Under the pieces are notes generated by a model. That model ran no database searches, was not told the DNA's origin, and was given only the letters and a program-made list of their open reading frames with translations. This document shows positions 24,121 through 36,398 of a stretch of DNA of 64,000 nucleotides, one piece after another. The position numbers were made by a program, and so were the translations under genes. Location: the NCBI GenBank assembly GCA_964016885.1, contig OZ024742.1, forward strand, positions 147,746,001 through 147,810,000, read 5' to 3'. The DNA comes from Eledone cirrhosa (Eukaryota). How positions within the stretch are numbered: position 1 is the stretch's first letter; the number at the start of each line of letters is the position of its first letter.

Positions 24121-25617
24121 AATAACAATAACAATAATGAAATATTGTGCACAGTGCCCAGGTGCACCACAACCCATCAAAAAAGTGCATGTACAGTACA
24201 TAGGGCAATGCACAAACATCAGTAAAATGAACAGTGCACACATGTGTGCATGTGTATGGAAGGGGCACATCAGGTGTAGTTTTGGCGTATTTCGGGAAGC
24301 ATGAGTGTCTTAAAGGATGCAGTGTCTCGGCAGCTAACAATTGACGCAGGCAGTTTGTTCCATGTTTCAGCAACTCTGAGCGTGAAAAAATGTCTGCGAA
24401 AGTCATGGGAGCTGTGCTGTTTTCTTATCTTGTAGGCATGTCCACGTGTGTTAGATACATGGAGATCAAAGAGGCGCTCAGGGTTGCAGTTGGCGAGATG
24501 GTTAATAACTTTGTGGGTATTCACCAAGTCCACTGCCAGACGTCGGAGCTTCAATGAATCCATGCCCAGGGAAGCAAGGCGTTCAGAGTATGGTAGGTGT
24601 CTGATGGAGGGTATGCGCTTGGTTGCACGTCTCTGAACAGTTTCCAGGAGGTCAATGTTCCGAGCAAGATAGGGGTTCCAGACTGATGATGCGAATTCCA
24701 AGTGTGGTCGCACCATAGCTGTATACAGTTTTAAATAGATGGCTGGAGAGCGGCTAACAAAGGTCTTGCTGAGTGATGCCAAGACACCCTCGGCCTTCTT
24801 GACAATCTTAGAGACATGCTTTGTCCAACGCAAATCGTTGCTGACAGTAATGCCCAGGTCACGTTCACAAGAGGACTTTTTGATGTCAGTGTTGTGGAGG
24901 GAGTATGTGGACGCTGGATTTTTCCTTCCAAAATGCATGGTGGTACACTTGTCCACCGCCAGCTTCAGTTGCCAGTCTGTGATCCATTGCTGCATTGTGT
25001 CCAGGTCTGATTGTAGGAAAGAGTTGTAAATTTCAGGATCAGTCCTTTTGATTTCAAGGTACAGCTTGATGTCATCTGCATATTTTAGTACCGTGGCATT
25101 CTGTAAGTTGGCATCTATGTCATTAATATATGCCACAAACAAAAGAGGACCAAGAACAGATCCCTGTGGTACACCAGATGACATCTCATATGGTGAAGAA
25201 TGCTGTCCTAGAACTGTGACTACTTCCTTTCGGCTGAGAATGAAGGATTTCAGCCAGTCGAAAAGATCATCCCTCACACCCATTGCAGAGAGTTTTGCCA
25301 TAAGTCTTTTGTGTGGCACAGAATTAAAAGCCTTAGCAAAGTCAAGGTAAACAACATCCACCCATGAGCCGCTGTCAGTGATCCGGGTGATGTCCTCAAG
25401 GAACTCGATAAGCTGATCACAGCAGCTGGAGTTAGGGATAAATCCAAACTGTGAGGCTGTGAGAGCTCCAGAAGTTCCAAAGTGTTTCTCTGACACAGGA
25501 TTCCATCAGTTTGGCCATACAGCTAGTAAGACTGACTGGACGATAGTTGACAGGTGACATGCGGTTGCCCTTTTTGAACAGGGGAATGACACTGGCAGTT
25601 TTCCACTGCTCTGGAGT
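24121..25617 (-). mobile_element. CR1-clade LINE, 5'-truncated; RT open from 25496 to 24270 with a frameshift near 25455
   Basis: WKTASVIPLFKKG..NYRPVSLTS, YLDFAKAFNSVPH, SGVPQGSVLGPLLF, KYADD, ERDLG, RPHLEFASSVWNP, FFTLRVAETWNKLP. Confidence 0.95.
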
Positions 25618-27084
25618 ATGTATACATATATGTATGTCCGTATACTATCAAGTTTAATTTCTAAAATTCAAATTTTATGAAATCAAATTTAAAGGATTTA
25701 CAAACACGAGAGAGAAAAAAAATATGTTTTTATTACCTCACGAAGGTAAACTTTGCCAAAATTATTTATAATATTGACAACAGTTTATATAAAATAATTT
25801 ATAAAATAATTACAGTTATAATTATTAAAGAATTTATGATTAACAATTTGAGTGCTAAAGGATCAACAGGCCTTATTATTAAACTTAAAGAAGTCTGAAT
25901 TTTAAATTACATCTGTGTTAATCAAAAAATATACAAGGATTATATTGTCTAAAGACTTAAGGTGATACCTTTCAAATATACATAACATAATACAATAATA
26001 CAATATAGTAAATAAGTTAATGAAAATATAAAAAAAAAACATATTGTTAAAAATTAATGTTTTATATCAATTATAGTAAAAGGATCATTTAGTTGATATA
26101 TACTATAAATATATAAGTCAAAACTACATGAGTCGTAAGGATAAGGGCTAAATACAAAATAAATATAAAAATAAAAAGTGAAAATAAGGAATTGTTTGCG
26201 AAACTTAAAAATGCCAAATATTAAAAATATAGTTTAAAATGTAATAGGGTTTTAATATATAGTAGACAAAAGATACTTCTAAAATGTCCAGCGAATGTGA
26301 TAGAAAGAGGAGCGAAAGACTTGAAAAAGTCGAAAGTAATCTAAATTTAATTAAAATAAATTAAATTATATTAAATTAAGTAATAATCATTATATAATTT
26401 CGAACATCCAGGGAATATCTAACACTTATAACAATAGAGAGTCATTTGAGTATCTAAATTATTTATAAATGTAACTACGAGTAGATAAATGTAACTACAC
26501 TAGATAAACATATTTGTACAACTATATAGAGAGAGTATTATAGGTATTAATGAAACGATATACATTTAATAAATAAATAATTATAATCATTATTAGTAAT
26601 GCTATAATTGTAGTTTTACTTCCAGTTCAGTGGAGAGAGAGAGAGAGCAATATTTGTCGACTAGTATGGTTTGTTATATTTATACCTATATATATATAAA
26701 AATATATAAGTGCAAATCTAACTTTCTGAGTCCCCAAAACATGCCCAAAATGAGTAAAATATGCAAATGCATGAATGATCTACGGTTCAATTATAACCGG
26801 TAATTTTACAAGTTAAATATCCAAATTATATATTTAAAACAGAGACAGATAAATAAAGATCCGAATTTAAATTATAAATATCTAAAATAATCCTAAGGTG
26901 TGCATATTTATCAAGTGAACGAGTTACCAAATAATATGTTTATAGACCTAAACAGGATCCTTCATTTAACATTTATTCTATCATAAATGATTAGAAAATA
27001 AAGTATTATTAAAGTTTTATAAACTGTTATAACGTTTTAGGTCCAACAGCTGATAAGATACGTCAAAATTTAAAGCCTGTTTGT

Positions 27085-29332
27085 TTAGTGTTTTTTCCTG
27101 ACTTTTTGCGAGGCTTGGAATGTAGACAAAGCTTTATGAAGGCAGTTTCAGAATAACTCATTTTTTTTTGTTAATTAAGTTTTCATAATTAGTAATTATT
27201 AATAGGGTTTCCCTTGTGCAGAGGTTGCAGTTGGTTGATATAGACGAGTTCGAGTATATTTTACTATTACAAAGCTTCGTCCAAAAAATCGAGTATTTTA
27301 AATTTTTGTCTTTTAATGACCATATAAGTTGTGATAAAGAAGTCGAAGACTTCCTATTAAAATTTGAAAATGAGCATTGGTGATTCGCAAATCTCGATTT
27401 AAATGTCGAAGAAGTTGCCCCTATGTAGTTGTATGTGTTGTTATTTGTTTTTACGGTGCATTTATACACCAAATTTCTATCCTGACAATTATTTTGCAGA
27501 GGGCAATCTGGTTTATTTCTACAATTACATTTCGATTTATTATTATTTATATTAACACTATTATTAACACCATTATGCTGATTTTGGTTTAGAATTCTAC
27601 TATTTAGTTTAGCCATGTTTTGGGCCATATTCATAGTTGTAGAATAAGAAAGCTTAATTGTGTGTCAATTAAATATGGAACGGTATTTATGTTGACTATG
27701 GAAGGAATTATCTAAAACCTTAAAGAATAGATTAGCTAGTGGTGTTCTTACTGCTACAGAAGCAGGGTGGGGGGGGGACCATATAACTGATTTAGTTCTG
27801 GTTCTTTTCCCCGATTTATTCACAGTACAGGTGTTTCAATTATAATTTTTAGAATTTTTAGAATTTAGTTTATATATGCAGTCATATTACTATTATTTTT
27901 ATCAGGATTAAGATTCAGATTATTATTGTCTATATATTCTATATTATTTTTATAACCTGCCTTTCTTAGCACATCATTGTAATATCCTGCTTTTTCATCA
28001 AATATTGATTTATTGGCAGATATTCTAGTTCTGCGTTTCTGTATCCTATTTACAATTGAATTTTTCACAAATTTAGGGTGATTAGAGTAATAACTAACGT
28101 AATTTAAGTTTTCATTGGGCTTATGGAAAGGGTAATAAAAACCAGAGTTTAAGTTAAGGGTAACATCAAGGAAGTTAACTATTTTGGTACCACTTTCTAC
28201 CTCTAATTTAAGGTCGTAATTTTTAAAGAATTCAATTATATTTTTCTTTACCATATTTAGTTCAGTATTGTTGTGTTTAACAACCGTAAATAAAATATCG
28301 TCCCTATATAAACCACCGGTAATCTCCGGCAGTTTTCTATTTATCATATTTAAGATGAAAATCCCCAGAGATCCGTGACTTGCGCTGAGTCCGATGATCC
28401 CATGGTAATGTCGAAGTTTCTATTTCTATCTGAGCGGGTCCAATACTCATTGTTGAAATTAATTAGAGTTCTTCTAGCAGTTAATATGATATCGATTTCA
28501 TCCGTAGTTAGATCTGCATGTTTGTAAGCGTAGGATAAAGCCTTATTTAATAGGTTAGGCGTTATGTCCATCTGGATGAATTTATGGTTTTTGTTATCAT
28601 TTATACCAATCAATCACTTCATTTGTATCCTTCCACAAGCTCAATTTAGACCTCAATTTCAAAATAGGTAGAATTCTATCAATAATATTTTTACTGATTA
28701 CTTCAATATCCGATTTGGATGGAGCTATCAGTCTAACTGGCAGGTCTTCCTCAAAGTTTCTTTTGTGATCTTTAAAATTGATCCTCGGCTGTCTAGGTAT
28801 AAGAGGCTCGGTTCTTCCTTCAATTCCTAATTTAGCAATTAATTTATATGTATCATTATTGATGTCTGTAAGATCTTCAGCCGGGGCTTTTTTAATAATT
28901 TTTCCTTAGTTCTTTTAAAATCAAATCATTATATTCTTCTTTATTTATCCCATATAAATTATTTGTTTTGTCAGATTTTACTAATATTTTATTAACTTTT
29001 TTTATATCCGAGATTTTTTCTTTTAAAGTTCTAAGGTATTGCTGACCTATATATGGGTTTTTCCTGAATTTAATTTTCTTAAGTATATTGAGCATTTCAG
29101 TTTTAAAATCCTCCAGGAGTTTGTTGTATGGAGGATTATTTCTGGATTTAAAGATAGCTTCGAAATAATTGCTGTTGGTTTTTCTTTTAGCTTCTTTATT
29201 ATCGAAATGAAATGCGCACCATCTCACTCGTCTTATAAAAGAGTTTGTTTGTTCTATTAGTTTCCCCATGTATTCTTCATTAGATGGTATAGCTATATCC
29301 TTGAGAGATGTCGGGAAGGTGAAGAATTCCAT
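27085..29332 (-). pseudogene. PLE RT-GIY-YIG polyprotein, full length but with several frameshifts, stops and a small deletion
   Basis: N-terminal SLKDIAIPS..FIRRVRW, KSDKTNNLY, KDHK..PVRLIAP, GLYRDD, CNCRNKPDCPL, LVY..YIGAT..FKSR, CNLC..E. Confidence 0.9.
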
Positions 29333-29534
29333 AATTTATTAAATATGCAATCTATTGTAGAGAAAAGCGCTCAACCTGCTGGGAGCTAGATATATTTAAA
29401 AGTTAAACAAGGTTCAATTAATAAATCAAAGAATGAGTTTTACAATAGTTGGAAGCACTCAACAGTATTGGTTTTCCAGAGTTATTAATATTAATTCAAA
29501 ATATTAACAAAATAGATATTCTTGTGATCAAGTA

Positions 29535-29601
29535 TATTTTATTATACATATTTCAGAGGTACTGAGTTAAGTTCAACAGTACGTCCTCATCAGATAAAAT
29601 A
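29535..29601 (-). ncRNA. Type I hammerhead ribozyme (5' pLTR of PLE copy 2)
   Basis: Identical by eye to 22615-22681. Confidence 0.85.
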
Positions 29602-31205
29602 AGATGATCCATGACATACCCTGACATAGTAGATGGTTAAGATTCAGTCATGGTAGTGAGTAATATATGACAAAACTCAATATTTATACCTTAATATTGA
29701 GAACATGAGAAAAATATATAATACATACAATAGAGAGGGTGCGTGTAATACAGCTTTAAAAATACATGGCATCAATATAACTGTTAAGAAAATTCAAATT
29801 ACTGAAGAAAGAGGAAAGAAAGGAAAGCATAGAGGAAGAAAACAGCTGATGGGATAATATAGTTAGTAGGTGCCTCGAAAGACAAAAGAGAGATGATTAA
29901 AGAGAGAGAGAGAGACAAAGGGGAATAATTTATGTTCAAGTTTATAGACAATTATCCATATATACAATATATATCTAAACTTATTTGGTTGACCGTTAAT
30001 ATTCAAAATATTTAATTTAAGTTAGTTCAGAGTAATGAATAATATGTTTCTCTCTCTCGTGTTTGTAAATCCTTTAAATTTGATTTAATAAAATTTGAAT
30101 TTTAGAAATTAAACTTGATAGTATACTATAATATTAATACAGATACCTATTAACTTTTAAAACCTAAAATATTATTTTATTTATATATATTTACGGTATA
30201 TGCATCACACCATACTCGTCGACAATCTTTTTCCCACTTATCTTGATGTAAAACTTCAATTATAACATTACTAACAATGATTGTACTGTTTATTTATTAT
30301 ATGTATATCGATCGCTAATATCTAGAATACTCTATTTATATTTGAACAAATCTGTATATCTAGTATAATAACATGCTTCTAGTTACATTTATAAGTACTT
30401 TAAATACTTTAATGACTTTCTAGTGTTATAATCGTTAAATATTTTCTAAACTCTCTAAGTTATATAACGATTATTATTGATAAGTACTTTAGATACTTTA
30501 ATGATTTTCTAGTGTTATAATCGTTAAATATGTTCTAAATGTTTTCTAAATTTTCTAAGTTATATAACGATTATTATTTAATTTAATTTAATTAAATTTG
30601 GCTTACCTTCGGGTCAATGAAATCCTTAGGCTTTCTCTTTCTCATGTTTGCAGACACATTATACTACTATATAAATTTATAAAGAAAATCTAAGATCGCA
30701 GACAATTCATTTTTTAAACTTTGAATCAGATTCTTATCCGTATGATTCAAGAAGTTTGACTCGTATATTTATAGTATATATGTGTTACATGACCTTATTA
30801 TAATAATTGATCTAAAACCTTAATTTCTAACAATATTATCAGTAACTTATTTATTGTATTATATTATGTTATATATAAATGATAGGTATCATCTTAATCT
30901 TTAGACAATATAATTTTTGTCTATATTTTGACAAATGAATAATAAACTTTTTAAAGTTTAATTATAAGGCCTTTTGATGCTTTAAGGTACTCTAATTGTT
31001 AATCTGAATTTTTAAAAATTATATCTTCAATATAATATAAATAATTATAATAAAATTATTAAGTTTTACCTTCGAGAGGATGGAAAATAGCATGTTTTCT
31101 CTCTCATGTTTGCAAATAGTTTAAATATGAATTCATAAAATATGATTTTATAAATTAAATATGATAGTATACTTTAATAGTAATATTTATAAACTTTTAT
31201 AGCCT

Positions 31206-33348
31206 TATAGCGAGATTACTGGGGTGTATGAATGTAACAAGGAATACATGGTTTGGTGTATAATATTTAATTAACAATGGTAGATAGTATACTTGACATG
31301 TCAAAGATAGATGTTAGAATGAAACAAAGTTAGTAGTTACCGTTTTGATTGCCAGGCAAACGCGGCTGGCAGAGGACGCCTGGCTAAGGCCAGGCGCCTG
31401 TTGGCCAAATTAATGGCAGAGCCAAATGAGAGGCTCTTGACCTGGTGCCGAAAAGGCAAAGAGAGTTAGAAAGCTTAAAGTTGTTAGTTTTATAGGGCTC
31501 TGACCGGAAGTTGCAGAAAGGGTTCTACTTCCCGTCTAGATCCCAATCAAAACAAGGGAGACAACCGCTACATAACCTCCCGCCAGAATTTTAGTGTATA
31601 AAAATCGAAATGTAAATATGTAGCAAGTTGGCGAGAATGTTGTAACAGGCATGAAAATTACGACAAAAGAATGTTTGGAAAAATCAATGATAGATATCAA
31701 GGTAGTCAACCGCTCTTGGCCAGAGAACGACTGGACATCCATCTATCCATCACCCAAAGATACAATGTAATAAAGTAAAAGTAATAGAAGAGCTCAAAGT
31801 TCAAATGTACAAAATATAGTTCACAGGTGTGCAATCACATGACAGCAGGAAAGAAAGTGTGTTCCAGAGAATGAATGCAGGTGGTCTCTGTTCTGTGGTA
31901 TATCGTGAAATTTCCAACCTCCGAATGGATTTTCTCACAGGGAGAGTGCTGCAAAAATAAATTCTCTGGCGTTCTGCTGGTTGTTGGTGAAGCTGTGTTG
32001 ATGTATTGCTGCTGCTGCTGTTGTCTCGCTGAGTGAGCGTATTCGGTGTTTAAATTCACAGTAAAAAAAAAAAATTTTTTTTTTTTTTTTTTAGAAAAAA
32101 TGAGTTGCGCAAAGTGCTAGAAATAGCAGCCGAAGTTGATGGTCGATATTGAGAATGCGTTGACCTGGAAGGGTCAAGAGGCCAGCGACCAGAGAAATAA
32201 GCATTCTTAATAAATGCGCGGTTATCAACGGTAAATTTACATTGTAAATTTATAAACCGGCAAATAGAAGAATATAGCTTAAGGCTGAAGAATCCTTGGC
32301 GAGAAATGTTATCTCTGGCGTGCGGCTATGTCTGTGTGTAGAGACATCTCTGTGAATCGAGAATTTGTGCTGCCTACACGTGCCAATACAAGGTTGAAAA
32401 AAATAATATTTCTAACGCGCGAGAAAATGATAGTGCAATTTTGAAAGTGACAATGATGAAAAAGAAAGGCTTCACTCAGCATAATTATTGGTGTGAACTT
32501 TGGAAAAAAACAAAAAACTTGAACGATGAAGAAAACGATGAACAAAAAGGCAATGGTTCATCGAAAATAAATGTTCCTGTTGAAATGTTTTTTAAAGAAT
32601 ATCAAATTTCTTTTTTTTTTTGTGTGTTTTGAAAGAGTTCGTTGTAAGAAACGAGAAACATATATATATATATCGTGAAATTTTTTTTTTTTTGTTTGTT
32701 TTGAAAGTGTTCGTTGTAAGAAACGAGAAACATATATATATATTGGTGAAATGCGACAGTTAATTGATGCATGAGAGAAAAAGTCTGTCTGTGCGAATTC
32801 CACATGTGCGTGTGTGCGTGTCCTTGAGTATTTTCATAGTTTGTCGCTAAATTTGCTGTGTATTCGTAATGTTACTCACAAAACCAGATGTGCTATTTTT
32901 TTCTTTTTTTTTGGGGGGGGGGGGGGGTGACCACTTATAGCGATGAACGGCTGCGTGTTCGTATCACGTCAGGGTTACCAATATAGCGAGATTACTGGGG
33001 TGTATGAATGTAACAAGGAATACATGGTTTGGTGTATAATATTTAATTAACAATGGTAGATAGTATACTTGACATGTCAAAGATAGATGTTAGAATGAAA
33101 CAAAGTTAGTAGTTACCGTTTTGATTGCCAGGCAAACGCGGCTGGCAGAGGACGCCTGGCTAAGGCCAGGCGCCTGTTGGCCAAATTAATGGCAGAGCCA
33201 AATGAGAGGCTCTTGACCTGGTGCCGAAAAGGCAAAGAGAGTTAGAAAGCTTAAAGTTGTTAGTTTTATAGGGCTCTGACCGGAAGTTGCAGAAAGGGTT
33301 CTACTTCCCGTCTAGATCCCAATCAAAACAAGGGAGACAACCGCTACA
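31206..33348 (-). mobile_element. Young non-autonomous LTR retrotransposon (TRIM/LARD-like, Gypsy-type signals)
   Basis: Two 367-bp LTRs (31206-31572, 32982-33348) with no difference seen; minus-strand ends TGTAGCG...CGCTATA; 4-bp TSD GCCT; PBS after the 5' LTR; purine tract GGCGGGAGG before the 3' LTR; TATAAAA in the LTR; no gag/pol. Confidence 0.93.
32949..32980 (-). promoter_or_regulatory. Primer-binding site complementary to the tRNA-Trp 3' end, extended to 32 nt
   Basis: Plus strand GGCTGCGTGTTCGTATCACGTCAGGGTTACCA versus animal tRNA-Trp as I recall it, GGCTGCGTGTTCGAATCACGTCGGGGTCACCA. Confidence 0.85.
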
Positions 33349-33819
33349 GCCTGAACTATTATGCACTTTAATTAATTCATTACTCTGAACTAACTTAAAT
33401 GTTTTGAAAGTTAACGGTCAACCGGACACATTTGGATAGTATATATAACTAATTAACTGAGGAAATTAACTTTTATTGATTACACCCAGTTATATTTAGG
33501 ATTTAGATTCATGAATATTTCTAAATAATTCAATGATTCGAGTTTACTCTATCTCATAGCTATGCCCAATTGTATAGTTGTGTATGGATATATATCATAC
33601 GTAACTATACACCCTCCCTATAATTATAATTATTCCTCTTTGTCTCCCTTTCCTTGATCAATTCTCCTTTGCTCTCTATACCTCTTCTAGCTATATCTTC
33701 CCCTCATATGTTTCTCTCTGTCTTTTTTCTTTCCTCTTTCTTCAATAATTATTTGAATCTCAGTTATGTATTTTTAAGCTTTCTTACACGCACCCTCTGT
33801 ATTATATTATCTGTATTAT

Positions 33820-34735
33820 ATGGGCCATATTCATAGTTGTTGAATAAGAAAGCTTAATTGTGTGTCTGTTAAATATGGAACGGTATTTATGTTAAATGAG
33901 GAAGGATTTATCTAAAGCTTTAAAGAATAGATTTGCGAGTGGAGTTTTTATTGCTACAGAAGAGGGGGGGGGGATCAACCCATATAACTGATTTAGTTCT
34001 GATTTTTTTCCCCCGATTTATTTACGGTAGTGGTGTTTGTATTAAAATTTTTAGAATCTCTTTTATACATGTTAATTTTATTAGGATTATAATTCAAATT
34101 ATTATCCATATATTTTATATTATTTTTATAACCTGTCTTTCGTAGCGCGTCATTATAATATCCTGCTTTTTCATCAAATATGGATTTATTAGCGGATATT
34201 CTAGTTATGCGTTTCTGTACACTATTGACTATTGTATTTTTCACAGATTTAGGGTGATTAAAGTAATAGCTAACGTAGTTTAAGTTTTCATTGGGCTTAT
34301 GGAAAGGGTAATAAAAAACAGAGTTTAAGTTAAGGGTAACATCAAGGAAATTAACTATTTTGGTACTACTTTCAACTTCTAATTTAAGGTCGTAATTTTT
34401 AAAGAATTCAATTATATTTTTCTTAACCCTATTTAGTTCTGTGTTGCTATGTTTGACAACCGTAAATAAAATGTCGTCCCTATATAAACCACCGGTAATC
34501 TCCGGTAGTTTTCTATTTACCATATTTAAGATGAAAATCCCCAGAAGATCCGTGACCTGCGCTGAGTCCGATGATCTCATGGTAATGTCAAAGTTTCTAT
34601 TCCTATCTGAACGGGTCCAATATTCATTGTTGAAATTAATTAGAGTTCTTCTAGCAGTTAATATGATATCGATTTCATCCGTAGTTAGATCTGCATGTTT
34701 GTAAGCATAAGATAAAGCCTTATTTAATAGGTTTA
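33820..34735 (-). pseudogene. PLE RT fragment, close paralogue of 27620-28560
   Basis: FDITMRSSDSAQVTDLLG, GLYRDD, FLDVTLNL. Confidence 0.88.
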
Positions 34736-35014
34736 ATATGCCTCTTCTAGCTATATTTTCCCCTCATATGTTTTCTCTCTGTCTTTTTTCTTTCCTCTTT
34801 CTTCAATAATTATTTGAATCTCTAACAGTTATGTCAATTACTTTTATGTATTTTTAAGCTTTCTTACACGCACCCTCTGTATTATATGTATTATATGTAA
34901 GTTTTTTCATGTATCAATCTTAAGGTATATAAATATTGAGTTTTATCATATCTTACTCACTACCATGACTGGATCTTAACCATCTACCATGTCAGGGTAT
35001 GTCATGCATCATCT

Positions 35015-35080
35015 TATTTTATCTGATGAGGACGTACCGTGAAGTTAGCTCAGTACCTCTGAAATATGTATAATAAAATA
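35015..35080 (+). ncRNA. Type I hammerhead ribozyme (pLTR of PLE copy 3)
   Basis: TATTTTAT-CTGATGA-GGACGTACcgtgaagttagctcaGTACCTCT-GAAA-TATGTA-TA-ATAAAATA. Confidence 0.85.
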
Positions 35081-35219
35081 TACTTGATCACAATGAAGTT
35101 CTATTTTTGTTAATATTTTGAATGAATATTAATAACTCCGGAAAACCAATACTGTTGAGTGCTTCCAATCTATTGTAAAACTAATTCTTTGATTTATTCA
35201 TTGAACCTTGTTTAACCTT

Positions 35220-35223
<4 letters not shown>

Positions 35224-35310
<87 letters not shown>
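35224..35310. repeat. (TA)n microsatellite at the PLE terminus
   Basis: Pure TA run; similar runs at 17479-17552, 18285-18369, 21678-21720 and 57733-57801. Confidence 0.95.
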
Positions 35311-35315
<5 letters not shown>

Positions 35316-36189
35316 AATTAGGGTTAGGTTTCCTCTTAATTCATTTTCCACATCCACATGCGCAGTTAATTCGGGGTATCTTCTTTGTCCACTTATTCTT
35401 GGGAGGGTTGTTGGGGTAGAGTCTTCAAGCACGCCTTCCTGCTGTCAGAAACAACAGTCTCCAATGTATGTGGTGGATACCCAAGTGAAACAAGCCATGC
35501 CCAGTGAATCTGACGAGACATTTTTGTTTAAAAAAAAAGAAAAAGAAATAATTATTTTGAACCTTAATAGTAAAGATACTGAACTATTTTTAAAAAGCTA
35601 CTGTGAAATATTAAATCTTAAAAACACTTATACTATTTAAAACACACTAAGCAATTAAAAAAAAAACTTTATAAATTCATTTTAATTATATCCATTTCTT
35701 CCTTTGTTGTAACTCTTGTGTTATCTTTTGTGTTTCCAAGTCGGGCACGAGTTTCTTGCATTACGATTGTAATACTCACTACAAAATTTGAGTATGTCCA
35801 CCAATTGTTGATCTAGTTAGCAGTCATGGGTAGACAGATTTATAAGTGTTAACAAGGAATAGAGATATTTTTATAGCTTAACAATGGCAAAATACAATTC
35901 ATTATAAATAATTAAAACCATGACACATTAAACATAGCAGTTCATTTTAAAACAAGCAATCACTTCCCATTTGTCCAATGAACCATGCAATTCCTGTTTG
36001 TCTCTGTATTTGTTAATCATTTAAACAACATCTGTAAATAGTTTATAACTCCTGTTTTGTGTAACTCACTACTTTGTAACTCTTTTGATAACAACCCACC
36101 CAAATCCACCTCTGGTTCTATGAAACAAAACTAAACATTTTAAAGGGTTCCAATTAAAATTTAAATCTTCCAACATAATTTTATATAAG

Positions 36190-36398
36190 AACCATAAAGT
36201 CTGTCTTAAGCTGGAAGGCTCCTAAGGCTGGTGCTTCTCCTAGTTTCATGACGTGAAGTGACTGAGAGTACAAGACTCCCCCTTGGACAAAACGCCAGTC
36301 CATCAGAGGATTTAACCCCCAGCTATTGCTGGTACCAATTTTCAGCTGAGTATTCTGAAGCAACATAAAATTAAGTGTTTTGCTCAAGAGCCTCCACA
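36190..36398 (-). mobile_element. Decayed SINE with CORE/V-domain-like segments
   Basis: Minus strand ttgagcaaaacacttaa...ctgatggactggcgttttgtccaagggggagt. Confidence 0.45.

Larger units (their letters stand above)
22573..30175 (-). mobile_element. Penelope-like retroelement copy 2, near full length, with ~550-bp direct pLTRs and an inverted 5' tail
   Basis: 22573-23125 is nearly identical to 29493-30045; ORF 29332-27085; 30046-30175 is an inverted copy of the joined 23120-23170 + 25640-25715; nested insertions at 23171-25640. Confidence 0.9.
30176..35223. mobile_element. Rearranged PLE copy 3: plus-strand 3' region and pLTR, interrupted by an LTR element and an inverted RT fragment
   Basis: 30240-31200 is a diverged reverse complement of 25640-26620; 34860-35223 is a reverse complement of 29395-29770; ends in (TA)n. 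Confidence 0.75.

Noticed and set aside
27085-29332. In-frame TGA codons in PLE copy 2 as possible selenocysteine (some Naiad elements encode selenoproteins)
   Set aside because: The TGAs seen (about 27665 and 27148) align with Arg in copy 3 and Ser in copy 1, not Cys. The conserved Cys are TGT/TGC, and the copy has other disabling mutations.
32949-32980. tRNA-Trp gene
   Set aside because: Only the 3' 32 nt with encoded CCA, 1 nt from an LTR; it is a PBS
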